Part shown: positions 15,623 to 28,284 of the stretch, piece by piece
How positions within the stretch are numbered: position 1 is the first letter of the stretch
Layout: every line of letters starts with the position of its first letter
Source: Eledone cirrhosa
Taxonomy: Eukaryota
Direction: 5' to 3'
Assembly: GCA_964016885.1 (NCBI GenBank)
Contig: OZ024746.1
Coordinates: forward strand, 80,352,001 to 80,416,000
Length of the DNA: 64,000 nt
Program-made: the position numbers and the translations under genes
The notes under the pieces: generated by a model
What the model saw: only the letters and a program-made list of their open reading frames with translations
Database searches by the model: none
Told to the model about the DNA's origin: nothing

Positions 15623-17166
15623 GAAATATATGGGCATTTCTCTGTTTGTGTCTGTCTGTCTGTCCTTCCCTAAAACTCAAATGTAGGTGCTACAGAAATA
15701 TTACCTTCCCCTTCCTTTCTCCATTTTGGTACTACCAAGAGAAACACTGTCGCTATAGAAACATTACCTTCCCCTCTCCACTCACTTTGGTCACTGAGGC
15801 CGAGGGAATCGCTGGTTGCTATAGAGACACCTTGCACAAGCCAGAAGTAACCAGTTCGAGGCGGTTCTGACTTGACACCATGCCAAGTCTACTTATAATA
15901 TATAATGGGCATTTCTCTGTTTGTTTGTCTGTCTGTCCGTCGGTAAAAAATGCCAAGGAAACAAATAGACGCGGTTTCAAATCTCTATCCTTTTCAAATT
16001 CATTACATTAATCTTTATTTATACGTTTCGCTTTACGAGTGTTTCGACTTACGAGTGTTTCGGCTTACGAGTGTTTCGGCTTATCATTATATATAAACGT
16101 TTCTATTTCCATCGTTTTATCGTAAACGTTTATATATTTCCATCGTTATATGTATCATAACGTTTATATTTCCGTCACTAATCTCTTTTTCTCCTTTTCG
16201 TTTTAACATATATTTACTTCAAAGATTTCACCGTATAGATAACATATATATTTATACATGCATATAAAAGACACACGGAGAGACGGTGAACATGTGGTGT
16301 CGAAAACATTTCTCATCCAAATCTCAACAATATCAGTATATACACTAGATTTGCTAGCAGAAAACCGCCCACCGGGTGGTTTTCTGCTTGTCTATATATA
16401 TAAAACTGAGGATGTCTGTCTGTGTGTGTGTGAGTTTGAATCCCTAAAACTAGAGAAACACCCAACCGACTGTTTTCAAACTTTACACATGTAATACTTA
16501 TGTTTCAGGGAGTGTTCTGAGCAAAAGAAATTTCAAATTTGCAATGCCCTAGGGACCGCATTAGGCGATTTAGCGATCTCTGTCTATAATTCTTAGTCTT
16601 TCTCTTTTTAGATAGATACATAGATATAACGTCGCGCCCTTATAATATCTGTCTGTATGTCTGACTGTCTGCATTACGTCACTTCCCACAATTCCCTCTC
16701 CGTCCAGAACGCGCCCTTATAATATCTGTCTGTATGTCTGGCTGTCTGCTGCATCCGGTTATTCTGCCACCCTTGCTCAAGACAAATCTCCCACTCATTC
16801 CCCAAACAGTTGGTAAGTGCACACAACTTCTTCCTCACGTTTTAAGCACAGTGTTGCTTACTTACGTACCACCAGACCCTTACTTCTTTGCCAGCCGTGG
16901 TTGTGGCAATACTAAGCTTAGCTTATGCGGTTATATATTTCACAATACCTTATCCTGTGCAACGCCGGATACCACTGCTAGTATGGAATAAAGTTTACAA
17001 AAAGCTACAATTCTTATTGACACTTTATATACACTCTGCACGAATTGTAATATGGAATAAAGTTATATACACTCTGCAAACTACAGCCGCCTTAAACCTG
17101 GAGCACAACCTAACGAGAGACGGACACAGTAACAGCATCGAGTGCTTCGACCAGCGTCGCCGCTAG
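15049..17166 (+). mobile_element. Composite non-autonomous Helitron-like chain
   Basis: A|TC start at 15049 and CTAG|T end at 17166. Repeated internal 5'-type ends (TC..TATAATATATAA or TCTATATATATAAAA plus (CTGT)n) at 15888 and 16391. GC hairpin AGCAGAAAACCGCCC acc GGGTGGTTTTCTGCT ending CTTG just before 16391. Confidence 0.65.
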
Positions 17167-17199
17167 TAACTTCAAGTTACCACACCTAATAACATATAT

Positions 17200-17290
<91 letters not shown>

Positions 17291-17299
17291 TATATGTAT

Positions 17300-17333
<34 letters not shown>

Positions 17334-17372
17334 ATTATATATTATTGTACTACAATAAAACTCACCTCCTAC

Positions 17373-17412
<40 letters not shown>

Positions 17413-17434
17413 ATATATATACATATACATATAC

Positions 17435-17520
<86 letters not shown>

Positions 17521-17549
17521 ATATATATAACATATACATATATATATAC

Positions 17550-17624
<75 letters not shown>

Positions 17625-18178
17625 TATATCACTGCTCCTTCGTTGAGCTGAATTTAACCCCATACAAACGGCTGTTATTTCTAGCAGCACGAGTATGTGG
17701 CTAGCTAGACACTGGGTAACTGCATGAGCTTACCTCGTGCGCTAAACAGTCTTCCTAAATATTTTGAAGTGGAACATATCAATTTTTATAGTGCTTGCTG
17801 AGGAGATCAAAATGCGGTATTTTCTTCCACTTTTTCATTATTCGAAACATATTTGGATTTTAAGGTTTAAACCTGTCTACGGAACAGGTTTGATTTTGAA
17901 ATTTAAATTTGTCCAAGCACTACGGCCATTGCCAATACAATTTGTTTTTGTTGATTTATGATGTATTATCTTAAGTCATGATAGGCAAACTGTAATATTA
18001 TTATTAGTATATTTCTATCTAGCTAACTTGGTCATTTACAATACAAACATAAATATGAGGATATTTGTGTTTATCAAATATATTGATTTGTGTTAACCTA
18101 TATTACACGGCTCAGAAATACTCTTTCTTCGAGCTATTTCATTGTAAATGATCGCCTGAGATTTGAATTCATTATTAT

Positions 18179-18251
<73 letters not shown>

Positions 18252-18754
18252 GTAGTTTAGAAAGCCACAACAATGCAGATGGGAAATCTCGAGGTAAGAA
18301 GTGAGTGAGAAATAGGAGAAAAGTGAAAATGAAAATGAAAATAAAACAAAGGTAGAAGGGTTACCGTCGTGGAGATTTAATCCCAATATTTCGGGCTCAC
18401 GCCCATCAACGGGGGAAAGTTCCAAAAGGGGGGGAACAGGCTAACCCGGAGAAAGTTGTATTGTCGTTAAAACATAGGAAAGCCGTTATGGGGAAAATTC
18501 AAACGAGGGAAAGAATGCACGTGCGCGTGATAGGCTGTGGCAAAAGCTACTGACCAATTGGGTTAAATCAATAGGGTGCGCTAGCGTGTGAAAGCCGTAA
18601 AATATGTGTGTGTAAATATATGTGTGTGTAACTGTGTGTGTATATGTGTATGTGTGTATGTATGTGAGTGTGTGTGTGTGAAAGATAGTGGGCCGTAGAA
18701 GCTGGAAAACAAAGAGTGTGAAAGGTGGTACATACATATATATATATATATATA

Positions 18755-19532
18755 TACAATATTAAATAAATGGAAACTATATTTATAAAACCATATTTAT
18801 TTCATTATATATATTTCAGGGATAACATATTAACAATATGCTATGCCTTCCTCAGACAAAATACAATATAAACAGTTTTATAGATAAATAGATTCGACAT
18901 ACCGTAACAACATCTACTTGCATTTGAGAAGGTTGATTTGGTTGTGACAAAATTGTACACAGAGAGAGAGAAAGAGAGAAAAAGAGAAAAAAGGAAAGAA
19001 AGACAGAAAACGAAGAAAAAGAAAAAAAGAAAAAGAAGAAATGCATGGAACAAAATAGAGAGATGGAAAGATAGATAAAGAGAAGAACTTCATGCAAAGA
19101 AACAGAAAGAGATATATATATAGAGAGAGAGAGGAAATAGATAGATACATATATAGAAAGCTAGGTAGTGGTACGACTGTTGAATAACGTATCAATGATA
19201 CATTTATTTATTTATTTATTTATTTAGCTCTAGTATTAATGTAAGGGAGATATATGGAGGGAAAACCAGCTGTTATATAGGGAGAGAAAAAAAATATAGA
19301 GAGAGAAAAAAAAGAGAGAGAGAAAATTCAAAAATATCCAGACACAGGCGGGGCGTAAAAATCCCTGTTTTAATGTAGAGGTAATAGTATTTACGAAACC
19401 AACCTCTGCATTGTAAATATCAGTATTCCTGAATGAGATATGTATCCACAATGTGTGAAAATTAATGATCTTATGTTTAGTTTTTTTAAAAATTCATATG
19501 TTTATGTGATAATTACAAACATCTATGTGAAT
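18755..19532 (-). repeat. 3' pseudo-LTR of the PLE
   Basis: Near-identical to 22600-23392; by eye only a few substitutions plus a length change in the GA-rich tract. Confidence 0.93.
18798..18863 (-). ncRNA. Minimal hammerhead ribozyme in the 3' pLTR
   Basis: Exact reverse complement of the 23520-23585 motif. Confidence 0.8.
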
Positions 19533-20252
19533 GTACATGATCAATTCTGCAAACCCTAAGTTCACAGAAAGTATTCTCAATGCGGTATAAAAATTTAAGT
19601 ATACATATATGTGTATATAGAGTCAATATTACTATTTCTGTCTCTACTCTACAAGATTATCTATCAAGCAAAGATAGAGCAGATTTCAATATACTAATAA
19701 AAATAAAAATAAAAATATATCGGAAACAAAACTAAACTAAAAATAAAAATAACAATAATAATAATAAGTAATAATAAAATAGAAAACTAAGAAATATTAC
19801 GAAAGAATATTACATATTAAAAATATTACATATTAAAAAATTTACATATTAAAAATATTAAAAATAAAAATTAGGAAATACTACATTAATAAAAATAAAA
19901 TAAACCACAAAGATCAACCCTTCAAAATTAATTGACAATATATTGCCAAGTTCATTATAAACATCAGAGTCGAAAAACAGATAAAGCCAAAAATTATCTA
20001 TCAAATCGCATCTAGCAAAGATCATTTCAAAAAGTATAGGATGCCCAATTTGGTCTACATGTGTTCTTATAATTAATATAGAAGTTTATCTAGTGTAACG
20101 TTTATTCGAAATATTTGGAGCATCAACTTTTAGGATAGCTTAATTTTTCATGAAGAATGTTTAAATAAATAAAATAAAAATAAAAAGAGTAAAAAGAGAA
20201 TCAAAGATTTATCGGCTAGTTTCCCATATAATTATAAATCAAACTAAATATA

Positions 20253-22465
20253 CTACATTTTAAATTTAAATTTATATTTAAACGTTGAGTTTAATCTATG
20301 TTTGCAACAACTGAATAAATTTGTCCGTAGATTAAGGGAATTTTTAGATTTTAGTATAAAGAATATCTCCTCTGCGCAGAGGTCACATGTCTCAGAGGAT
20401 GAATTAAAAGGAATCCCTCTTGAGACTATATTCCAAGCCATCGAATATCTAACGTTATCTAGCTTAAGTTGCCATAGTAGGCCTGATAGTGCCGTTGAAG
20501 ATTTTTTACTTGGATCTGTGAAAGAATTCTTGTGGTTATTATAGCGAAGTTTAAATTCCGTCGATGTGGAACCGACGTAGTTAAAAGAATTAGAGTCAGT
20601 ATTAACATTACAATTGTATACTATATTTTTAACTAAGCAGTTGTTATTTAACGGACATTTAGATCTATCTCTACAGTTACATTTGTTAACTTGTATATTA
20701 TTTATGCAGTTATCACTAGGCTTTAAGTTCCTATTATTTATTCTATTGATATTTTGTGCTAAATTTTTGGTGGATGAGTAGGTTAATTTAATTGTATGTC
20801 TATTGAAAATTGAGTGATATCTATGTGTTCTAGGGAAGCGATTATCAAGAGCTTTAAAAAATAGTTTAGCGATGTGGGTTTTAATGTTTAGTGAGAAAGG
20901 GGGGGGCAAACCAAATTATGTTCCTAGTTCTATTTCTTTTTTGGCTTTGGAATTATTGTAATGCTTTCTATTATAGTTGTTAAGGATGTTGCCGTAATTA
21001 AAAAAGTTGTTACTTTGTTTAGTTTGTCTATCATTATCTATGTACACAATCTTATCGGCGTATCCTGCTCTAGCTAATGCTTCATTGTAGTATTGGGCTT
21101 TTTCGTCGAAAATCTTTCTATTCGACGAGATCCTAGAGATACGTTTTTGGACAGAGTTTACTATAGTGTTTTTGACAGATCTGGGGTGGTTAGAGTTAAA
21201 GTTTACATAGTTTAAGTTTTCATTCAACTTGTGAAAAGGATAGTGAAGACATGTGTTGAGATTTAATGTTATATCTAGGAAATTGACTATTCTATGGTTG
21301 TTTTCAATTTCTATTTTAAGATTAAAGTAATTAAAAATTGTGTAATTTGTTTACATTTTCTATTTAGTTCAGAGTTATTATTATCAATAAGTAAAAGCAT
21401 GTCGTCTCTATATAAACCTCCGGTAGTACCGGGTATTTTCCTATGTAGCGAATTGATTAAAAATAAACCCACAAGGTCAGTTACCTGGGCTGAGTCGGAT
21501 GATCCCATAGTAATGTCAAAATTGCTATCTCTATCTGCTCTGGTCCATAGTTGGTCATTAAATTCTATCAAAGTTTTCCTAGCCGATAATATAATATGCA
21601 TTTCATTGCTAGTTAGGTCAGTATGTTTGAATGCGTAATTTAGTGCCTTATTTAGTAGATTAGGGGTAATAGAAGAATAATAGTTAGCTATATCAAGTTG
21701 AATAAACTTATTATTATTGTTATATTTAATTTGCTTAAACCACTCAACGACTTCTCCAGTTCCCTTCCACAAGCTCAGGTTAGATAAACAATCCAAGTTC
21801 TTAATTTGCTGTATCACCCTGTCAAGAATGTTTTTGCTTAATTTGCCCAGGTCCGATTTTGATGGTGCGATCAATCTAACTGGCAGGTCATTTTCAAAAT
21901 TCCGCTTGTGATCTTTCATATTGATCTTCGGTTTCCTGGGCACGAAAGGTTGTGTTCTGTTCTCAATTTCCAACTCGTGCATTATACAAGATGCTTCAAC
22001 ATTCATTTTCTCAAGCTCGGCCTTATCTGCTACCTTGTACTTTTTCCTCAGCTCTTTCAGTATGAGGCCATTATACATGTCTTTCTGCACTCCATAGAGG
22101 TTGTTGGTCTTGTCAGATTTCACCAAGATCTTCTCAGTTTTCTCTAAGCTCTCAATGTTATCCTTAATGCCTTTCAGATATTCCTGGCCTTTGAAGTTTC
22201 TCTTGAATTTGACCCCTTGTATGATAGAAATTATATCGTTTTCAAAGTCATATAAAAGTTTGTTAGGGGGTGGATTTCTTTTAGAATTGAAAACTTTGTT
22301 TAAGTCCGAGACATTTTCGTTTGTATTAGATTTATCAAAGTGGAATGCTCGCCACCTGATTCTCCTTATAAAAGAATCAGATTTATCTATTAATTGTTTT
22401 ATAAAGTCTTTGTTTCTAGGTAGAGGTATGTCTTTTAAAGAGGAAGTAATCTTAAAGAATTCCAT
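20253..22465 (-). pseudogene. PLE RT-endonuclease ORF, interrupted by about three 1-bp frameshifts
   Basis: ATG at 22465 (MEFFKITSSLKDIPLP). RT motifs FIQLDIANYYSSI, FDITMGSSDSAQV, GLYRDD and, after a frameshift near 21335, VNFLDITLNL. Thumb YVNFNSNHP. Linker KCNCRDRSKCPLNNNC. GIY-YIG-like NIVY...YVGST..FKLRYNNH, CDLC, NLRTNLFSCCKH. Split across track ORFs 21311-22495, 20916-21227 and 20253-20909. Confidence 0.93.
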
Positions 22466-22599
22466 TTTCCAGTTATAATATAAAGCGCTCAACAATATTG
22501 GAGCAAGATATATGGAAAGTTATATTTAAATTGTTGTGTTACAACTAGTAAATATTTATAACTGATATAAAAGCACTCGACAAATATTTGGAGTATATT

Positions 22600-23392
22600 T
22601 ACAATATTAAATAAATGGAAACTATATTTATAAAACCATATTTATTTCATTATATATATTTCAGGGATAACATATTAACAATATGCTATGCCTTCCTCAG
22701 ACAAAATACAATATAAACAGTTTTATAGATAAATAGATTCGACATACCGTAACAACATCTACTTGCATTTGAGAAGGTTGATTTGGTTGTGACAAAATTG
22801 TACACAGAGAGAAAGAAAGAGAGAGAGAAAGAGAGAAAAAGAGAGAAAAAGGAAAGAAAGACAGAAAACGAAGAAAAAGAAAAAAAGAAAAAGAAGAAAT
22901 GCATGGAACAAAATAGAGAGATGGAAAGATAGATAAAGAGAAGAACTTCATGCAAAGAAACAGAAAGAGATATATATATAGAGAGAGAGAGGAAATAGAG
23001 ATAGATACATATATAGAAAGCTAGGTAGTGGTACGACTGTTGAATAACGTATCAATGATACATTTATTTATTTATTTATTTATTTAGCTCTAGTATTAAT
23101 GTAAGGGAGATATATGGAGGGAAAACCAGCTGTTATATAGGGAGAGAAAAAAAATATAGAGAGAGAAAAAAAAGAGAGAGAGAAAATTCAAAAATATCCA
23201 GACACAGGCGAGGCGTAAAAATCTCTGTTTTAATGTAGAGGTGATAGTATTTACGAAACCAACCTCTGCATTGTAAATATCAGTATTCCTGAATGAGATA
23301 TGTATCCACAATGTGTGAAAATTAATGATCTTATGTTTAGTTTTTTAAAAAATTCATATGTTTATGTGATAATTACAAACATCTATGTGAAT
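22600..23392 (-). repeat. 5' pseudo-LTR of the PLE
   Basis: Direct repeat of 18755-19532; identity ends at ATCTATGTGAAT. Confidence 0.93.
22643..22708 (-). ncRNA. Minimal hammerhead ribozyme in the 5' pLTR
   Basis: Exact reverse complement of the 23520-23585 motif, ~180 nt upstream of the ORF ATG. Confidence 0.8.
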
Positions 23393-23712
23393 CTCTCTTT
23401 CTCTCTCTCTTTCTTTCTCTCTGTGTACAATTTTGTCACAACCAAATCAACCTTCTCAAATGCAAGTAGATGTTGTTACGGTATGTCGAATCTATTTATC
23501 TATAAAACTGTTTATATTGTATTTTGTCTGAGGAAGGCATAGCATATTGTTAATATGTTATCCCTGAAATATATATAATGAAATAAATATGGTTTTATAA
23601 ATATAGTTTCCATTTATTTAATATTGTAAATATACTCCAAATATTTGTCGAGTGCTTTTATATCAGTTATAAATATTTACTAGTTGTAACACAACAATTT
23701 AAATATAACTTT

Positions 23713-23720
<8 letters not shown>
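23393..23720 (+). repeat. Inverted partial pLTR of the PLE
   Basis: Reverse complement of ~22508-22835; extends ~90 bp further toward the ORF than the 3' pLTR does. Confidence 0.92.
23520..23585 (+). ncRNA. Minimal type I hammerhead ribozyme in the inverted pLTR
   Basis: TATTTTGT (helix I) - CTGAGGA - AGG.ATAGCATATT gtt AATATGTTAT.CCT (helix II) - GAAA - TATATA-T-A (palindromic mini helix III, AUA cleavage triplet) - ATGAAATA (helix I partner). Confidence 0.8.
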
Positions 23721-23751
<31 letters not shown>

Positions 23752-23754
<3 letters not shown>

Positions 23755-23948
23755 CGAAGGAAATGTGGTAAGGAACCAGGTGGACCATAACGCACCAAAG
23801 TACTCAATACTTGAGGTAGTAGAGTGGGTAATAGGAACGAGTAAGACCCCGACAGCTGAGCTCAAGCCGTTTCGACGGCTAATTCTGGACTGTGTCCAGA
23901 ATTAGCCGTCGAAACGGCTTGAGCTCAGCTGTCGGGGTCTTACTCGTT

Positions 23949-23952
<4 letters not shown>
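23752..23952 (-). mobile_element. Asymmetric hairpin element (family X), copy 1
   Basis: 59-bp perfect arms 23832-23890 and 23894-23952, loop TGT, 80-bp unpaired tail; (TA)n flanks. Confidence 0.85.
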
Positions 23953-24036
<84 letters not shown>

Positions 24037-24702
24037 CATATATGTATATATATATATATATAGGAACGAGTAAGACCCCGACAGCTGAGCTCAAGCCGTT
24101 TCGACGGCTAATTCTGGACACAGTCCAGAATTAGCCGTATATATATATATGTACTTACTAACATAGTAGTGTTTTCGCAATCAGGTGATACCGCACTGTA
24201 CTGGGACGATTTGATTCGAGACACGTATCCGCTCTCTCATTGAAATCAGGAATATTTCCTTGAATCATAATGAACTCTTTAGATATACCGATACACAAAC
24301 AAAACAACATGGATTATCAATAAAATTAATAAACTAATTGTATTAATAGCACGCGCGTTTGGTGTGTGTATGTATGTATGTGAATGTGTTTGTGAATATG
24401 TTTGTGTGATTGTGCATGTGTGCTTGTATGTTATGTCTGTGTGTTAGTATGTGTCTGTATGCATGTGTAAATAGGAAAGTTTTCTTCTCAAATATTTTCT
24501 ATTAAAGACATCTGTTTTTCTTCTCTTTGTGCAGAAAAGGAGATCGATCCAACTAGTTTCAGCTTTTGTGTAACAACACTTGAAACTAATCAAATCAATC
24601 CCACAAACAAAATCTATAGTGCAACAATCTTGTTTACTTTTCACATTGCGGCTACATAGGGTGTTTGATAAACACATACACATGCACACACACACATACA
24701 CA

Positions 24703-24766
<64 letters not shown>

Positions 24767-24817
24767 TATACACGTGCATACGAGTAAGATCTACCTTGTA
24801 TGTATGTATTATGTGAG

Positions 24818-25090
24818 GAAGGCATATCGCTTAGTGGTTAGGATGTTCAGCTCATGAGCATAGCATTGTAAGTTCGATTCCCGGCGCCGCATTGTGCTCT
24901 TGAGCAAGATACTTTATCTTACATTGCTCCAGTTCATTTATCAGGCAGGCAATAAATGAGTTGAACGTGTGACTCAATCGACCAACCTTGTCATTCAATG
25001 TGTCAAACCGAATCTTCCTGAGAACTAACTACGTTAAATGTACGAGTGTCAGTGGAATGCTCAGCCACTTGTACGTTAATTTCACGAGCG
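24818..25090 (+). mobile_element. tRNA-derived CORE-like SINE family B (representative copy)
   Basis: GCTTAGTGGTTAGG A-box, GTTCGATTCCC B-box, CORE-like TTGAGCAAGATACTTTATCTTACATTGCTCC. Other copies at about 8430-8620(-), 13797-13890(+), 33355-33620(-), 42655-42730(+), 47040-47290(-), 47535-47615(+). Confidence 0.82.
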
Positions 25091-25264
25091 AAACACACAC
25101 ACATATATATATTCATTTTATTAAGGCTAAATAGTGAGTCTTGTTACTCTGGAGTTTCACCTGTTTATCAAGGGGTCACCTGATTACCCAAGACTCACTA
25201 TTTAGCCTTAATAAAATGAATATTAAAACCTGAACTCTTTTTTTCTCTCAGCAGTCAACCACAT

Positions 25265-25718
<454 letters not shown>

Positions 25719-25722
<4 letters not shown>

Positions 25723-25943
25723 AACGAGTAGGACCCCGACGGCTGAGCTCAAGCCGTTTCGACGGCTAATTCTGGACTAAAAAAAAAAATTTTTTTTTTT
25801 TTTTTTAGTCCAGAATTAGCCGTCAAAACGGCTTGAGCTCAGCCGTCGGGGTCCTACTCGTTCCTATTACCCACTCTACTACCCTAAGTATTGAGTACTT
25901 GGGTGCGTTATGGTCCACCTGGTTCCTTACCACATTTCCTTCG

Positions 25944-25946
<3 letters not shown>
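25719..25946 (+). mobile_element. Asymmetric hairpin element (family X), copy 2
   Basis: Same arms and tail as copy 1; the apex is an A-run followed by a T-run; (TA)n flanks. Confidence 0.85.
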
Positions 25947-25996
<50 letters not shown>

Positions 25997-27061
25997 CAGA
26001 GAGAGACACAGAGAGAGAGAGACAGGCAGACAGAGACAGAGACAGACAGAGAGAGAGGGGGGGAGAGTGAGAGAGTTGTTAATGTAACCTACCAAGCTGT
26101 CATTCAAGGTACTCTAGGCACTCTGCCTAGCTAAGTATCATTCTGCACACCCCGAAAGACATTTATAATTTCTCTAGTACTGTGAGATTCCTTACCTTTT
26201 CATTACGAAAGACCCATTTTACTTAAATTAATTTTCCCCACATACACCACTACATTTCTTTCTCTCTGTGGCGTTAATATAAATCAACTGTGAAAAATGT
26301 TTAAACTCAGAGAAAAATGGAAACCCAATAGTGTCTCTATATAATGTTTCTAACAATGTCATTGACATTTTGGACTTAGCTCTCAGATTGACAGTTCTAG
26401 CTTAACGTACCCCCCCCCCCCCCGGTGTCAGCGGATCCCAGATTGGGTATAAACTAGACGTATATTCTACATTTTTTGTGGTAGCCACAGAAGAACGAGC
26501 AAGGTGGGTTTGGTGACAGCACAACAGTTGCTGTTGTCCTGCTCCTGTTGGTGAGATTGGGCATCCCAGCCCGACTCTCGAGGCTAATGAGATATTGATG
26601 TGTCAGCTATTTATGTCTGTATGTGTATAAGTTATCAGTATCGGTGATAGGACATTTAACGTTCTAGGCTAGCTCTACAATGACAATGTCCACCCGGTTC
26701 TTCTAGTTATGCATCCCATTCTTCCATATAATATAATTTCAACTTACTGCTGACAAACCTAGTTTTTGACACATGTTGTTCTAACCACACTGATAATATT
26801 AATAAGCCTGTATTTTCTACTACACATTCACTGCTACTACACTAATCATCGCCAAATCATGTTACATGGTACAGGTCATAACACCATACGACTCTTTCCA
26901 CTGCTTTGGGCACTGCTGTACAGAAAAGATGTTTTGTGATATATTTATTAATCACAGAAGAATATTATATATTCAAATTGATTATACAAATATGTATAAT
27001 TAATTTAAATATGGTAGCGACAGCCTTATTTATTACGTTTATCTTGGCTGAGTGAGAAATA

Positions 27062-27219
27062 TACGAGGGTGGGCTGAAAAATTTATGGGCTGACTTCTTA
27101 ACAACTGAATTGTTTCTTTCCAGGGACTATTGAAAAATAAACCTCATTTGGTTCTTTCATGAGAGTATCTTGATCAGGCTATGAACTTTTCTGCCTATGA
27201 ACTTTTCAACTGCCCCTTA
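27062..27219. mobile_element. Degraded mariner-like MITE
   Basis: TACGAGGGTGGGCTGAAAA start and imperfect inverted end AACTTTTCAACTGCCCCTTA. Confidence 0.5.
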
Positions 27220-28204
27220 TCATGTTTTTAGGGTATTGTTTCTAACATGTACTGCCAGTTCTAACGTACTCCCAGGAGTCAGTGGACCTCAAATTGCGAA
27301 CTGCTGGTTAAGGTAGAAGACTAGACGTATATTTAATTGTGGTAGCCACGGCGAGGTTAAGCAAGGAGGGCTTGGTAACAGTTGTTCGGGGGTGAAATGT
27401 AACGGCAGTGACGTTGAAAGCTGGAGTTAGACGCGACAACAAGCTGTGCCACTCTTATATCTTTGTGGTATTTTTGTCTCGTTGCTGGCGGCTTGTAAGT
27501 ACAACCTGCGAATCATAAGCTTCCCGGATCGATCCCACTATGTGACATTTGGGGAAAATGTCATTTATCATACCATCAGGTCGACTTATATTTTGTGAAT
27601 GAAATTGGGTAGACAGAAACTGTTTAGAAGCCCGTCGAAGGGACTAACTATAAACAAAAAATAGCCTTATCATACACTGTGTCATGCTGAATAGTTGTTT
27701 AGAGTTCATTGTGGTTTGTTGTTGAGGAAGACAGTAAGTTTTGCATGGCTAGCTGCAACCAAAACCATCCACAAGAGACATTTTATTCTCACACTTTTAC
27801 TCATATTTTAAAATACACTTCCTAACAGCACCAGCACTGTTTAAATAGAAACATATTTGCAGTTTACTAATTGGTTACGTATCAATGCTTACATACATAC
27901 ATACAGACAGACAGATATATACATAGACACATACATACATACATGCATACATACATACAGACAGACATATACATAGACACATACATACATACATGCATAC
28001 ATACATACAGACAGACATATACATAGACACATACATACATGCATACATGCATACATGCATACATGCATACATACATAAATACATACATACATACATACAT
28101 GCACACATACATACGTACATACATACATGCATACATACATACATACATATATACATACATACACACATACATATATATACATACGTATAAACACATACTT
28201 GTGC

Positions 28205-28284
<80 letters not shown>

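Larger units (their letters stand above)
18755..23720 (-). mobile_element. Near full-length Penelope-like retroelement (EN+, C-terminal GIY-YIG; probably Hydra-type clade) inserted in (TA)n
   Basis: RT and GIY-YIG reading frames on the minus strand. Direct pseudo-LTRs 18755-19532 and 22600-23392. Inverted pLTR segment 23393-23720 (reverse complement of ~22508-22835). (TA)n on both sides. This is the classical PLE tandem plus inverted pLTR layout. Confidence 0.95.

Noticed and set aside
23812-23822. TGAGGTAGTAG matching the let-7 5' end
   Set aside because: Only 11 nt, no precursor hairpin, and the other family X copies read TAGGGTAGTAG.
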